A stretch of DNA of 64,000 nt, taken from NCBI GenBank assembly GCA_905236045.1, contig CAJOOG010000078.1:36099-100098 (forward strand), written 5' to 3'. Shown piece after piece: positions 20,001 through 26,310 of this stretch. Below the pieces are notes generated by a model. That model was not told the origin of the DNA, did no database searches, and was given only the letters and a program-made list of their open reading frames with translations. The stretch's first letter is position 1, and every line of letters begins with the position of its first letter. A program made the translations under genes and the position numbers. This stretch comes from an uncultured Denitrobacterium sp. (GTDB lineage: Bacteria > Actinomycetota > Coriobacteriia > Coriobacteriales > Eggerthellaceae).

Positions 20001-22929
20001 TCGCGGTGGCGCCGGTCAAGGTGCCGGCGACCTCGAAGGACTGTTCCGCCGCTTGCAGGAGCACCAAGTGCGCGGTCGTGTCGGCGGCCACTTGCGTGTC
20101 GGCGTGCTTCGAGCCCGTGCCTCCGTCGAAGATTTTCAGGTCGCCGCCGTCTTCGGGCGCGAGGACGGCCACCTTGGAGGAGCCCCCGGCGGAGGCGGCC
20201 ACGTTGGCATAGTCGAAGGAACTGTCGTTCTCGAGGTCTAATCGGGCACTGTTCTTCGGCAGGTTCTCCGCGTAGACCAGGTAGATCGTGTCGACGTCGG
20301 CGAGCAGCTCGTCCGAGGAGCCCTCCGTCTCGCGGAACAGATAGCCGTCATCGGAATTCTTCAGCTGGAAGTCCTGCAGGCAGGCGCCCTCGCCCCTCGC
20401 CAGGTCCCCCGCCGTCGTCGTGTCGGCGGCGCCCAGGCCGTAGTACTGGAAGAAGCGCGTGCCCTCGATGGAGGCGTCCAGTCGGCTGGTTTCGAGCGCC
20501 TCGAACAGGTCGTCGGCATCGTGCCAGTCCGTGCTGTCTGCCTCGAAGGTCTTATCGGGCAGGGCCGCGGCGTCGAGCAGCGTCAGGTTGCCGGCTCCGT
20601 CGTCTTTCACCCAGCGCACCTTCAGCCGGTCGCTGTGGTAGTAGAGCTTCACTTCGTCGCCCAAGGCCACGCTCGTCCATTCCGTCTGGCTCGTGCTGGT
20701 CTTGTACAGCCAGGCGTGCGCGGTGGAGGAATAGCGCATGGCCGCGATTGGGGACTGCGTCCCCGAGCTGGTGGTGATGGTCGCATACCCGAGCTCCATG
20801 TTGTCGTAGAGCGCGTTCACGGCGCTGTTCTGCTCGGCGTAGGCGCGGCCCAAATCGGCCTCGCCGTAGGTCTTCTCCTGCTCGGAAGTCGGGACTAAGC
20901 TGCCCTGGCTGCCCGTTACCAGCGTGGCGGTCGAGGAGCTGCTGCCGGAGTAGGTGTAGGCGCTCACGTTCAGCGGGATGCGCCAGCCGGCGGTCAGGCG
21001 ATGGTTCTTGTTGTTGATGGTGTTCAGCGCGAGCACATCGCCCTGCTTGAAGGCCTCGTTGTTCTCGTTCAGCCAGCCGACGAACTCGTAGTCGTCGAGC
21101 GAGGGGTCGACCAGCGCGATGGTATAGGGCACTTCGTAGCCCAGCGTGTCCAGCCATTCGACCACGTTATCGGGCTGGTCGGGCACGCCCTCGGGGTAGT
21201 TGTAGTCGAAGGTGAGCGAGGCTGCCGAGGCGTTCGGCACGTAGAAGCGGATGCCGTAGGGGCCCTGCATGTCCAGCGTCGTCCTGTCGAGGAGGCTTTC
21301 CTTGTGCGTGGTTGCGGTGAAGGTGGACCCGTCGGAGCCGACGGAGAAAGTCCACGAGCCCTTGGGGACCACGTGCGTCTGGTCGGTAGCCGTCTGGCGA
21401 AGGGTGTAGGAGCTGCCCGCGGCGAACTTCGCGCCGCCGCAGCCGGCGGATTCCTCGTTCACGCGCGAGATGTAGAGCCTGCCGGTGGAGGTGGTGGTCC
21501 CGCTCCATACTTCCACGCCCGTGCTGTCGTTGGTCAGCGTGAGGGCGGCTCCTTCGATGGGCACGTCGCTCGTGGGGCTGTCGTCGCGCACGAACAGCTC
21601 GACGGCGGCCGTGGTGAAGGTGGCCGTGTAGGTCGCATTGCCGACGACTTCGGTCACCTCGGGGGTCCAGCCCACGAAGGTGTAGGTTTCCTCGGTGCCG
21701 GGATGGTAGGGCGTCGTGCCGTCGTAGGTGGGCAGCGTGCCGTATTCGACGGCGGTGTCGGTCTCCAGCACGGTGCCGTCTTCGTCTTGCCAGGTGATCG
21801 TGTAGAGGTCTTCATCCTGCGCTCGGAGTACGATCGCATAGAGCGAGAAGGCGCCCGGGGCATACTCCTCGGATTCAGCTGCTTGCCGATCGATGAGCGA
21901 GGCGGTTTCCGGCGAATCGCCTATCGCGTCCTCCGTATCTGTTACGCTGGCCTGTTCGTCTGGGGTCGCCGCGCCGTCCTGGGAGACGTCGGCTTGCGGC
22001 TCCACGATGCCGGCGAGGGCCACTTCGTCGAGGTCGCGCGTGATAAAGCGCAGCCTTGCCGTCTTGTTCTGGGCCGGCGTCTTGCCCGTCGTCTTGTCGA
22101 TCTTGTTGGTAAGGTCCTCGGTCGCAAGGGACTTCGGCGCCTTCCCGTCCTTCGTCACGCGGTTCTGTTCGAGCGCCAACGCATCGCGGGCCAGGGTGTC
22201 GTTCGCGACGAGCATGGTCGCCTGGCGCTTGTCGGCCGAAAGCGCGTCCGCGGCGTTCGTCTCTATCGTCACTTCGACGTTGGAAGTGGGTTGCACCGTC
22301 TTGCCATTCGCGGAAATCGCCAGGTCCAAGAACTTCGTGTACGAGACGCTCTCCTCGGCCTTGAGGCTCAAGACCTTCGCCGCGACGGCCGTCTGCTGGT
22401 CGTAGTTTTGGGCGCTGATGAAGCGCTCGGTGGGAAGCGGGCGGTCCTTGTAGGCGGGGTCGGCTTTCTCCTCGGCGGTTGGGGCCTTGTTCACCTCCAC
22501 GACGGAAAGCTCGGCGCCATCGGGGATGCCGGCCTTCTCGTCGTAGGCGATGGTTACGGCGAAGGAAGTGCCGTCGGCGGAACGCACCGTCTTTTTGAGG
22601 GTGGAGGTCTTGCTCGCGGACTTCGGGCTGGAAGAAGTGGAACTGCCGGTACCGGAAGAATCGGCTGAAGAGCCGGTCGTCTCCGACGAGCCTGCGTCCG
22701 CGGAGGTGGAAGTCGCTGTCGCAGACGAGGAGACGCTCGAGCTGGTCGCGCTCTGCGTGGCCTCCGTCTCGTCGGTGCCGAGGGGCGCGGCGAAGCTCGT
22801 GGAGTAATTCATGGTGGCGAGTACCAGGACGAGCAGCACGGAGATGCTCTTGCGCCCGAGCTCGTGCTTGCGCATCCGGTGCTTGCGGAGCTGGCCGCGA
22901 CGCAGTGTCGGGTTCTTTCGGTTTAGCAT
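11017..22929 (-). CDS. Giant secreted beta-helix protein (3,970 aa), candidate adhesin. Order: Sec signal, Ser/Thr-rich tract, InlB B-repeat-like modules, three right-handed beta-helix blocks (Pmp-like GGA/FxxC rungs), two C-terminal SpaA/Cna-B-type domains. No LPXTG and no TM anchor.
   Basis: The track ORF 11017..24084 is one open frame, but protein-like sequence starts at MLNRKNPTLRRGQLRKHRMRKHELGRKSISVLLVLVLATMNYSTSFA (ATG 22929), 2 nt after the stop of the upstream pilin gene. The C-terminus ...GWWYVLAIDENGASVSAQASSEPQ has no sorting signal. Confidence 0.85.
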   Translation of the reverse strand: MLNRKNPTLRRGQLRKHRMRKHELGRKSISVLLVLVLATMNYSTSFAAPLGTDETEATQSATSSSVSSSATATSTSADAGSSETTGSSADSSGTGSSTSSSPKSASKTSTLKKTVRSADGTSFAVTIAYDEKAGIPDGAELSVVEVNKAPTAEEKADPAYKDRPLPTERFISAQNYDQQTAVAAKVLSLKAEESVSYTKFLDLAISANGKTVQPTSNVEVTIETNAADALSADKRQATMLVANDTLARDALALEQNRVTKDGKAPKSLATEDLTNKIDKTTGKTPAQNKTARLRFITRDLDEVALAGIVEPQADVSQDGAATPDEQASVTDTEDAIGDSPETASLIDRQAAESEEYAPGAFSLYAIVLRAQDEDLYTITWQDEDGTVLETDTAVEYGTLPTYDGTTPYHPGTEETYTFVGWTPEVTEVVGNATYTATFTTAAVELFVRDDSPTSDVPIEGAALTLTNDSTGVEVWSGTTTSTGRLYISRVNEESAGCGGAKFAAGSSYTLRQTATDQTHVVPKGSWTFSVGSDGSTFTATTHKESLLDRTTLDMQGPYGIRFYVPNASAASLTFDYNYPEGVPDQPDNVVEWLDTLGYEVPYTIALVDPSLDDYEFVGWLNENNEAFKQGDVLALNTINNKNHRLTAGWRIPLNVSAYTYSGSSSSTATLVTGSQGSLVPTSEQEKTYGEADLGRAYAEQNSAVNALYDNMELGYATITTSSGTQSPIAAMRYSSTAHAWLYKTSTSQTEWTSVALGDEVKLYYHSDRLKVRWVKDDGAGNLTLLDAAALPDKTFEADSTDWHDADDLFEALETSRLDASIEGTRFFQYYGLGAADTTTAGDLARGEGACLQDFQLKNSDDGYLFRETEGSSDELLADVDTIYLVYAENLPKNSARLDLENDSSFDYANVAASAGGSSKVAVLAPEDGGDLKIFDGGTGSKHADTQVAADTTAHLVLLQAAEQSFEVAGTLTGATASNVASVSLLNLSDASGADENGSYTVVHSTPTDADLLDTSNIAKGTLETTAGKVVVAFSPATSDLSLQKQWSDDAYPDQLVCDFEVYEVWKGSNASAPTSIVLTGDGAAGKAAELRAAGYEVARYANPDATTGLFSIAQSDDWQISIADLPSGNACYAVEKNIRRVENNRSTDETTRFDVYYSVNVAGASQTTTNIRSSIVCRIASTGQTFSSVREALAQLVASGTTTDTIEMLDDCTVPQTGTVTIPSGYDITITTASDALVEGAATITRGFDGGDLFLVEGTLSLENVTFDGKLGNVQYANTTGNGGLLRVAAGGTLNVGEGTTLQHGKASNGAALYLENGGTAAFTGGTVSNNTTTGTSATSEARGAVGVGGTNARITLCGNVTIYDNHPSSGSDQRNICLDVDASDVISIVDAGLGSEAQVGVYVPNGAILYDAHGKPAKPFATFETGADANLDAFVNDRIRQNSAGEGSSRFGAASTVLANTVVWGQTFTLEIDAEWLDQHYEELSQAPSSGEVSVTLNLGNYGFRTDEGGLSATLSAANGWTCTFDGLAMYDTNGNPSSYWVVEADGDLASVEQGFKQKIAFTGDVGTTRDSPYAYDASKSTQTITVYNYERYTAFTVTKDATLPAGVTDLTATYDLYRIPKIDVGGVNDLPAGLRQQNTPSPWADSSDLGDDEMVELSTTGQFFQVSGGNRWYCQVGSQTLSGSQVKAGIGSNLAAGKLVRFHRSYNADRGEFTLDGSTPRLADGSWQMGDVICTEGSYYVLAQAPDASGNTGSIDDASVWWPLSFDSAYPDVTFTYTTQDGTKDGHWGAETLPSLLTGAFPGVTTSKVRTFTIAAGETQTIEELSSDYYYYVVETRARETGGEARSLTDVDLIAAYNPTYDYDQGAGEATITNTARDCVAVTKQWLFGDQVLTGSEVPNKTTSYDVYRIEESKISAYLHQADFPDKFAAFMEGDYSALGLAESDVEQVPSLSFNLLEEEIGSRVKALENLDEGYIYYAQETAVSGKPVTAGSVHYAYEELGGVWMITVSNESDYICKIIDGSGGEHPFRTLNSALDWGRENMGKTFTIEMLLDYTVPSVDVVAILPGEKITLTTSSTDESAHAYTYSGSDTKATITRGSGNAKSLITVVGSEADGNTQMVLRNIAFDGTDTQVVNTAATIGGVSVTANSNGGIMNARTADIIMETESGLDDSGVELHSGRAYSGGGLWAQDCSINITGASFQECVSVANDRNENGGGGIWSTGSDFELHDSTFTSCTALRSGGGIITTAQKPDLQGNTFEECSAGRLGGGVFHNNSESGSEMTLANGSFLSCKTTVGNEGGKSNSIGGGGVATVAEKVTMEGDAIRFLNCTSARSGAAIFHKNNSANSQTGIKSVTLTDCESTSTNDKESSVVLTIANDLSIVDSAFERCRSGKQGGSVFHWNYNEGSTCTIENSHFKDCAAGGSDGAAGALESDAWDVVVKDSTFENCVSVSDGGALVFWAADNVNGAQDTTVSIGNCSFKGCRVNSTNSAKRGGGIFSTAKETTVENTDFKTLSAEEQTGASAEDIDCFAPMGGGLACDNKQTDSLTTVRGCTFENCRSSVGAAGAIYALSHALVIENSDANAMSFSHCTSKNDGGAIYFGPGTPTGSTLRISDATFDTCSTLNSSRNGGALSSNVLDGTIERTQFANCTATQGGGALYLSNATVGSSLTVTDTAFSDCTAGSECGGAIRTFTRDIALTNSSFTNCNALLSGGAIYHNITQNDASGTIENCTFASCTSTKGTGGALREEAPALLIEGSSFDDCHASGDGGTVFQTRTAEDDFVTVRNTSFSNCTACTATGGNNSGGGAMKVAARTLSIEESTFENCTSNAQGGAVLHLNSNAAATTTIADCGFTSCASLLNSGGGVQTDAPVVTVTDGSFASCQAKNLGGGLVSTNSSEGSMLTVENTTFAQCAAVAGQAGALQTRARDLTLNNDAFDGCTATQKCGAVLQLGVNYEGTTATVSECTFTDCHAGSSGAYSGGAGEVQARNVDISDCSFSECSSTSNGGALSLWSESSGNYSIVSVKNSTFTGCEAVATANACYGGGICSNAKQTIVDTCSFSTLEGTRTVACSASAGGGIANNNANADTILMVRNCNLSGCQSTRAEGGGIYATAKTLTIDNTVLSDCTAATNGGGIYSARAMATLTGVNIDGCTAGGKGGGYAQWCLDNQPTTFDGCTVSDNTATTGGGIYFWSNGNLVLKNGTSVTGNRLSTATVANGAGVYLDQNRANATLVLGGDAETDTITVYDNTTSDGSQSNVRLITARVNNVDQNRTTSVSLLSNLTSPGSGTTGHIGVCNPGPSMTQFGLADQAYRTDASLFVSDDGRMHGKINPASTAEAPYQIIWYAPPVCKITDSSGNVLTFDNGSNRQSALFDSLEGAIAAFNTLSFQDRYGVEVEPSQIQMLITSYTINSDTPKLLKNAVITTAAAGPNEDDYPENATSSRCTIMRGRTSASMLTVGAAVELAVQNLVLDGGNQLAAPLSASGDGGVIYASTGSSVYLGINATLRNSTCTGRGGAVYLAGGAELTMQRESVIENCSAANGGGVYAASGSKLAMQDIAAITGCQASGNGGAAFIYDYASVELSGNPAISANSCSGNGAGFYLASTTSTISLRDRPNFSDNVADIADFTGKTNGGEAYLSPLQDIYLKSSVDPVKSIVISGNLSLNPGSIWVWAETSNHYANDTQFATIGTGVVVDDSTLEVFRDARDDETAGNDTGQYFTGVRGANASYVYWGNGCDVFFKKTDSNGYALGGATFTLYRDYDCTIPVNVKSENISTTTVPSTGTFDDETGCNVAFRAPNGVFYLKEVAAAEGYANNGNTYRVVVGRSRMASLGLDTSREFAIQQMNGPNAVSEAPDIAEHGILNNPQGTHRVILRKIDDVFAPLEGATFDILRYDRTVAASGVVSYTNGAFWIGELPYGTYYLHETGYPDGTATNGSAGWWYVLAIDENGASVSAQASSEPQ
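13330..16345 (-). repeat. Protein-level repeat array inside the giant ORF: roughly 30 consecutive beta-helix rungs with F-x-x-C-(T/S/A) and GG(A/G)(I/L/V)
   Basis: Examples: SFQECVSV..GGGGIW, TFTSCTAL..GGGII, TFENCRSS..AGAIY, FSHCTSKNDGGAIY, TFENCTSNAQGGAV, SFSECSSTSNGGAL, LSDCTAATNGGGIY, TFDGCTVS..GGGIY. Boundaries are approximate. Confidence 0.7.
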
Positions 22930-22931
22930 GG

Positions 22932-25304
22932 CTAACCCCTCACATTCACGACGAGGGTTTCCACTGTCGGCCAGTCGCCGTAGTGCGCCTGCGCATGGGC
23001 CGGCAGCGAAGCGGCCGTCTGCTCGTCGGCGAGCACGGACACGACGGGGTAGGGGTAGCCGCCCCGGTAACGCGACATGACGACGCTGTCGTAGGGGTAG
23101 GCTGTGTGGGAGCCGCCGAAGAACGCCGCGTAGCTCTCCAGGTCCGCATCGGCGGCTGTTGCCGTACCCGATCCCGAGCCGACGACGGGTAGGTCTTCGT
23201 TCGCGGTTTTCAGGTAGCGGCAGTCCTGCAGCGAGGCGGAGGAGATGCCTGCAAGGGCGCCCGCGTGTCCCGTGTCGCCCATCGTCAGGCCTATGGCGTA
23301 GCAGTTCGCGAAGCTTCCTCCCGAAGCGGCGCCCGCAAGGCCGCCGGCGGTCGAGCCCGAGGCCGAACAGGTCGAGTAGCACGCCTTTATCGCGGTGCTC
23401 GCCGACGCGCCCACAAGGCCGCCGGCCGTGCTGCCCGCGATTACGTTCATGCGGCCCTTCACATCGGCGTCGGTGGTTTCCCGGTAGGAGCCCTCGGAAG
23501 TGTGGCCGCCAGAGTAGCAGTTCGCGATGGAGGCGGAGGATGCGGAGCCTGCTAGCCCGCCTGCGGTATCGCCCGCGCGGACGTAGAGGGCTGCCGTGCA
23601 GTTGTTCATGCTGCCGCCGGAGAGCGTGCCCACCAGCCCGCCGGCCGTGCCCGATGCGGAGATCTCGTAGGCGGCATCGTCGCCGCTCGCCGGCCCGTTG
23701 ATGGCCAGGAGGTTGGAGAGGGAGGTGCCCCAGGCGCTGCCGGCGAGCGCACCGGCGTCGCCCGCCTGGGCTTTCACCTTGAAGTTCACGAGCGCGAGGT
23801 TCTGGACGCTGCCTGCGTCCATGCTGCCGAAAAGCCCCGCCGTGTCCGAGCTCGCGTCGATGGAGATGTCGTAGATGCAGTGGTCGAGCCCGTCGTAGTC
23901 GAGCGCATAGCCCGGTGTGGCCGAAAGGAAGGTGCCCTCCGGCGTGGGATTGCCAGTGCCGTCGTAGACCCTCACCGCATCGGCGTTGCTGGAAGCGGCT
24001 GCGACTTCCTCGTCGGACATGGCCGCGACCTGGGCGTCCGTTAGATGCACGCTGAGGGCGATCGCCTTGCGGAAATCGGTCCACGAAAGGTCGACTTCCT
24101 GTTCGGCATCGGTCGCGGGGAGGACGGACACGTCATCGTAGGAGAAGCTCGAGATGCCGGTCGAGAGGTTTTCCAGATGGCGGATGTCCGCTATCTTGGC
24201 CGTTCCTTCCGAGAGGGACGCGAACAGGCTGTTGCGCTGCACTTTCTGGCTCCGCGCGACGTTCGTGAGCGCCTGGGTGCTGAAGGCCACGGCCTGGACT
24301 TGCACGTCCTCGCCGGGGATGAGCCCGCTCGGCCCGAAGATGTCGGCGAAGTGCCCGCCCGCCTCCGTCACGTCGTCGAGGTAGACGTAGAAGGTGCGCG
24401 AGTCGCTGCTTTCCACCTTGTCGAACAGGCGCGAGCCTCCCGCAACGTTGCCGCTTTGCGCCGCGCCGTTCTTCACGAGCTGGATGACCTTGCTCTTTCC
24501 GCTCGTCACGCCCGTGACGACGAGGTTGAGGGAGGGCGCGGCGGTCGAGGTCGGGCCCAGGTCGTGGTTCGGGTCGGCGACGATGGCCATCAGCCGTTCG
24601 GCGTTCTCCACCGTGAGGTTGGGCGCTTCGAGCGCCTCTCCCGAGGCGGCATCGAGTCCGTCTCCGCCGTAGTAGCCGACCATGACCGTGCCGTTAACGC
24701 CGGCGTAGCTCCGGCGGGCGTCTTTCTTGTCGTCGCCCGTGTAGCCGGGGTTCTCGAACAGGAGCGTCTCGTCGCCCGAGGCGAACGAGAAGCCGCTCGG
24801 CCCTGGGAAGGGGAAGGTGTTCATGGACGGGTTCACGTAGAACACGCCCAGCACGGCGGCGTTCTTCAAGTCGTATTCGATTACGTAGGTGCCCTCGGTG
24901 CGCACTGTCTCGTCGAGGGAGCCGAAGGGCAGCATCTCGTAGAGCACGCTGGTCCGCGCGGCGGCCTTCGTCTGGTCGAGGCGGTCGTCGTGCGGCGCTA
25001 CGGCGAAGTAGTAGATTCCGTCGGCCGAGGCGCTGTCGCCCTTGCCGGTTTTCCGTTCGAGAAGGTTCTGCGACTCGGCCGCCGTCAGGTGGTTCTGCGC
25101 GGCGATGTAGATCTCCTTGGCCGTGCCGTCGAGCTCGGCTTGCTGCGCATTGCGGTGAATCTGGATGATGGTCGCGAAGGCGAGCGCGGATACGATGCCG
25201 ATGATGGCGATGACCGCGAGCAGTTCCGTGAGCGTGAAGCCGGAGGTGGAGCGCCTGCGGGGGGTGCTTGTCCGTCGTTCGTTTTCGTATTTCGTCTCGT
25301 TCAT
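22932..25304 (-). CDS. Large modular minor pilin (790 aa): prepilin-type N-terminus plus a C-terminal GLUG-motif repeat domain
   Basis: MNETKYENERRTSTPRRRSTSG|FTLTELLAVIAIIGIVSALAF. The C-terminal half has IRHLENL followed by repeated GLFG/GALAG/GGLVG/GGLAG units separated by NC(Y/T) (about 23222-23850), and ends ...HYGDWPTVETLVVNVRG. Confidence 0.85.
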   Translation of the reverse strand: MNETKYENERRTSTPRRRSTSGFTLTELLAVIAIIGIVSALAFATIIQIHRNAQQAELDGTAKEIYIAAQNHLTAAESQNLLERKTGKGDSASADGIYYFAVAPHDDRLDQTKAAARTSVLYEMLPFGSLDETVRTEGTYVIEYDLKNAAVLGVFYVNPSMNTFPFPGPSGFSFASGDETLLFENPGYTGDDKKDARRSYAGVNGTVMVGYYGGDGLDAASGEALEAPNLTVENAERLMAIVADPNHDLGPTSTAAPSLNLVVTGVTSGKSKVIQLVKNGAAQSGNVAGGSRLFDKVESSDSRTFYVYLDDVTEAGGHFADIFGPSGLIPGEDVQVQAVAFSTQALTNVARSQKVQRNSLFASLSEGTAKIADIRHLENLSTGISSFSYDDVSVLPATDAEQEVDLSWTDFRKAIALSVHLTDAQVAAMSDEEVAAASSNADAVRVYDGTGNPTPEGTFLSATPGYALDYDGLDHCIYDISIDASSDTAGLFGSMDAGSVQNLALVNFKVKAQAGDAGALAGSAWGTSLSNLLAINGPASGDDAAYEISASGTAGGLVGTLSGGSMNNCTAALYVRAGDTAGGLAGSASSASIANCYSGGHTSEGSYRETTDADVKGRMNVIAGSTAGGLVGASASTAIKACYSTCSASGSTAGGLAGAASGGSFANCYAIGLTMGDTGHAGALAGISSASLQDCRYLKTANEDLPVVGSGSGTATAADADLESYAAFFGGSHTAYPYDSVVMSRYRGGYPYPVVSVLADEQTAASLPAHAQAHYGDWPTVETLVVNVRG

Positions 25305-25882
25305 CGTCCCTCCTCCAGCATGATGGCGCGGATCTTGAATTCATCCTGACTGGCGAGCGTCTGGCCTTTCGCGTTCTCGACCTTCAGGTCCTTCACCGTG
25401 AATACGCCGTCGGCGTAGGCGATGCTCGAGCAGGAGATGCCGAGCGTGTCGGTGATGGCGGCATCGGGGATGAGGTTCTGCGACGTCTCCTCGGTAAGGG
25501 AGTCGGCATCGGCTCCCTTGTAGACGTGCTTCTTGAGGCCCTTGCCCGCGCCCGGGGCGGCATCGTTGGAGATGGAGGCCCAGTACCCCTCGCCCGACAC
25601 GAAGTAGAGCGTGCCGCCCGAGGTCTGGACGTCGGTGGCCATGCCGAGCTCGTCGCGCAGCGAGGTGGTCGTGGTGCTGAGCAGCACCTGCGCGTTGGAG
25701 GTGTCCACGGATTTGGCGTAGGTGTCGAATGCCACGGGGATGCCCATGGTCACGATGCCGGCCATGATGACGAGGATGGCGAGTGCCAGAAGGGTCTCGG
25801 TGAGGGTGAAGCCGGCGGCCAAGCGCTTGGCCGGCGCGGCGATGGTCGAGCGCTTGGCCGATATGCTGGACATGCGTGCCAT
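25301..25882 (-). CDS. Minor pilin (193 aa) with a prepilin-type cleavage/methylation N-terminus
   Basis: MARMSSISAKRSTIAAPAKRLAAG|FTLTETLLALAILVIMAGIV. Its stop overlaps the start of the 790-aa pilin (ATGA). Confidence 0.8.
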   Translation of the reverse strand: MARMSSISAKRSTIAAPAKRLAAGFTLTETLLALAILVIMAGIVTMGIPVAFDTYAKSVDTSNAQVLLSTTTTSLRDELGMATDVQTSGGTLYFVSGEGYWASISNDAAPGAGKGLKKHVYKGADADSLTEETSQNLIPDAAITDTLGISCSSIAYADGVFTVKDLKVENAKGQTLASQDEFKIRAIMLEEGR

Positions 25883-25884
25883 GG

Positions 25885-26310
25885 CTAGTCAGCCTCCTCG
25901 TAGGAGGTTACGGCCGAGCCGTTGGCGAGCGTTTCGCCGATGGAGTAGGTGACGTTTGTGGAGGAGCCGTCTCCAAGGCCGACGGTGCCTCCGGTCGTGT
26001 CGGTGAGCGTGACGCTGCCCGAGCCCGTCTCGCCCCCGTGCTCGACGGTCTGGTTGTTCTGGTCGTAGTAGTCGGCCATGGCCGTGCGGCTGTTGTCTAT
26101 CATGCTCGACGCCGCGGAGATGACCATCGCCAGCATGAGGATGGCGAGCCCGCTTATGACGATGCTCGCAAGCACCTCGGTGAGGGTCTCGCCGCGCACG
26201 GCGAGACCCACGCGACTCTTCGCGTGGAGGCCCTGGCGGAGCTTCCCGAATGCGCGTTTGGGTGTGGGCGCGGGGGTGTTCGTGGGTGCGGGTCCGAACG
26301 GGGGAATCAT
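25885..26310 (-). CDS. Pseudopilin-like small protein with a non-canonical N-terminus (G|ETLTE)
   Basis: ...KSRVGLAVRGETLTEVLASIVISGLAILMLAMVISAA has a pilin-like hydrophobic helix with Glu at +5 but Glu instead of Phe/Met at +1. The ATG at 26310 overlaps the upstream stop (ATGA). An internal GTG (VGLAVRG) would give a short leader. Confidence 0.6.
   Translation of the reverse strand: MIPPFGPAPTNTPAPTPKRAFGKLRQGLHAKSRVGLAVRGETLTEVLASIVISGLAILMLAMVISAASSMIDNSRTAMADYYDQNNQTVEHGGETGSGSVTLTDTTGGTVGLGDGSSTNVTYSIGETLANGSAVTSYEEAD

Noticed and set aside
22930-24084. 5' extension of track ORF 11017..24084 (first 385 codons)
   Set aside because: It overlaps the 790-aa GLUG pilin gene out of frame and translates to Arg/Gly-rich nonsense. 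Protein-like sequence, a signal peptide and a 2-nt coupling to the upstream stop all begin at 22929.
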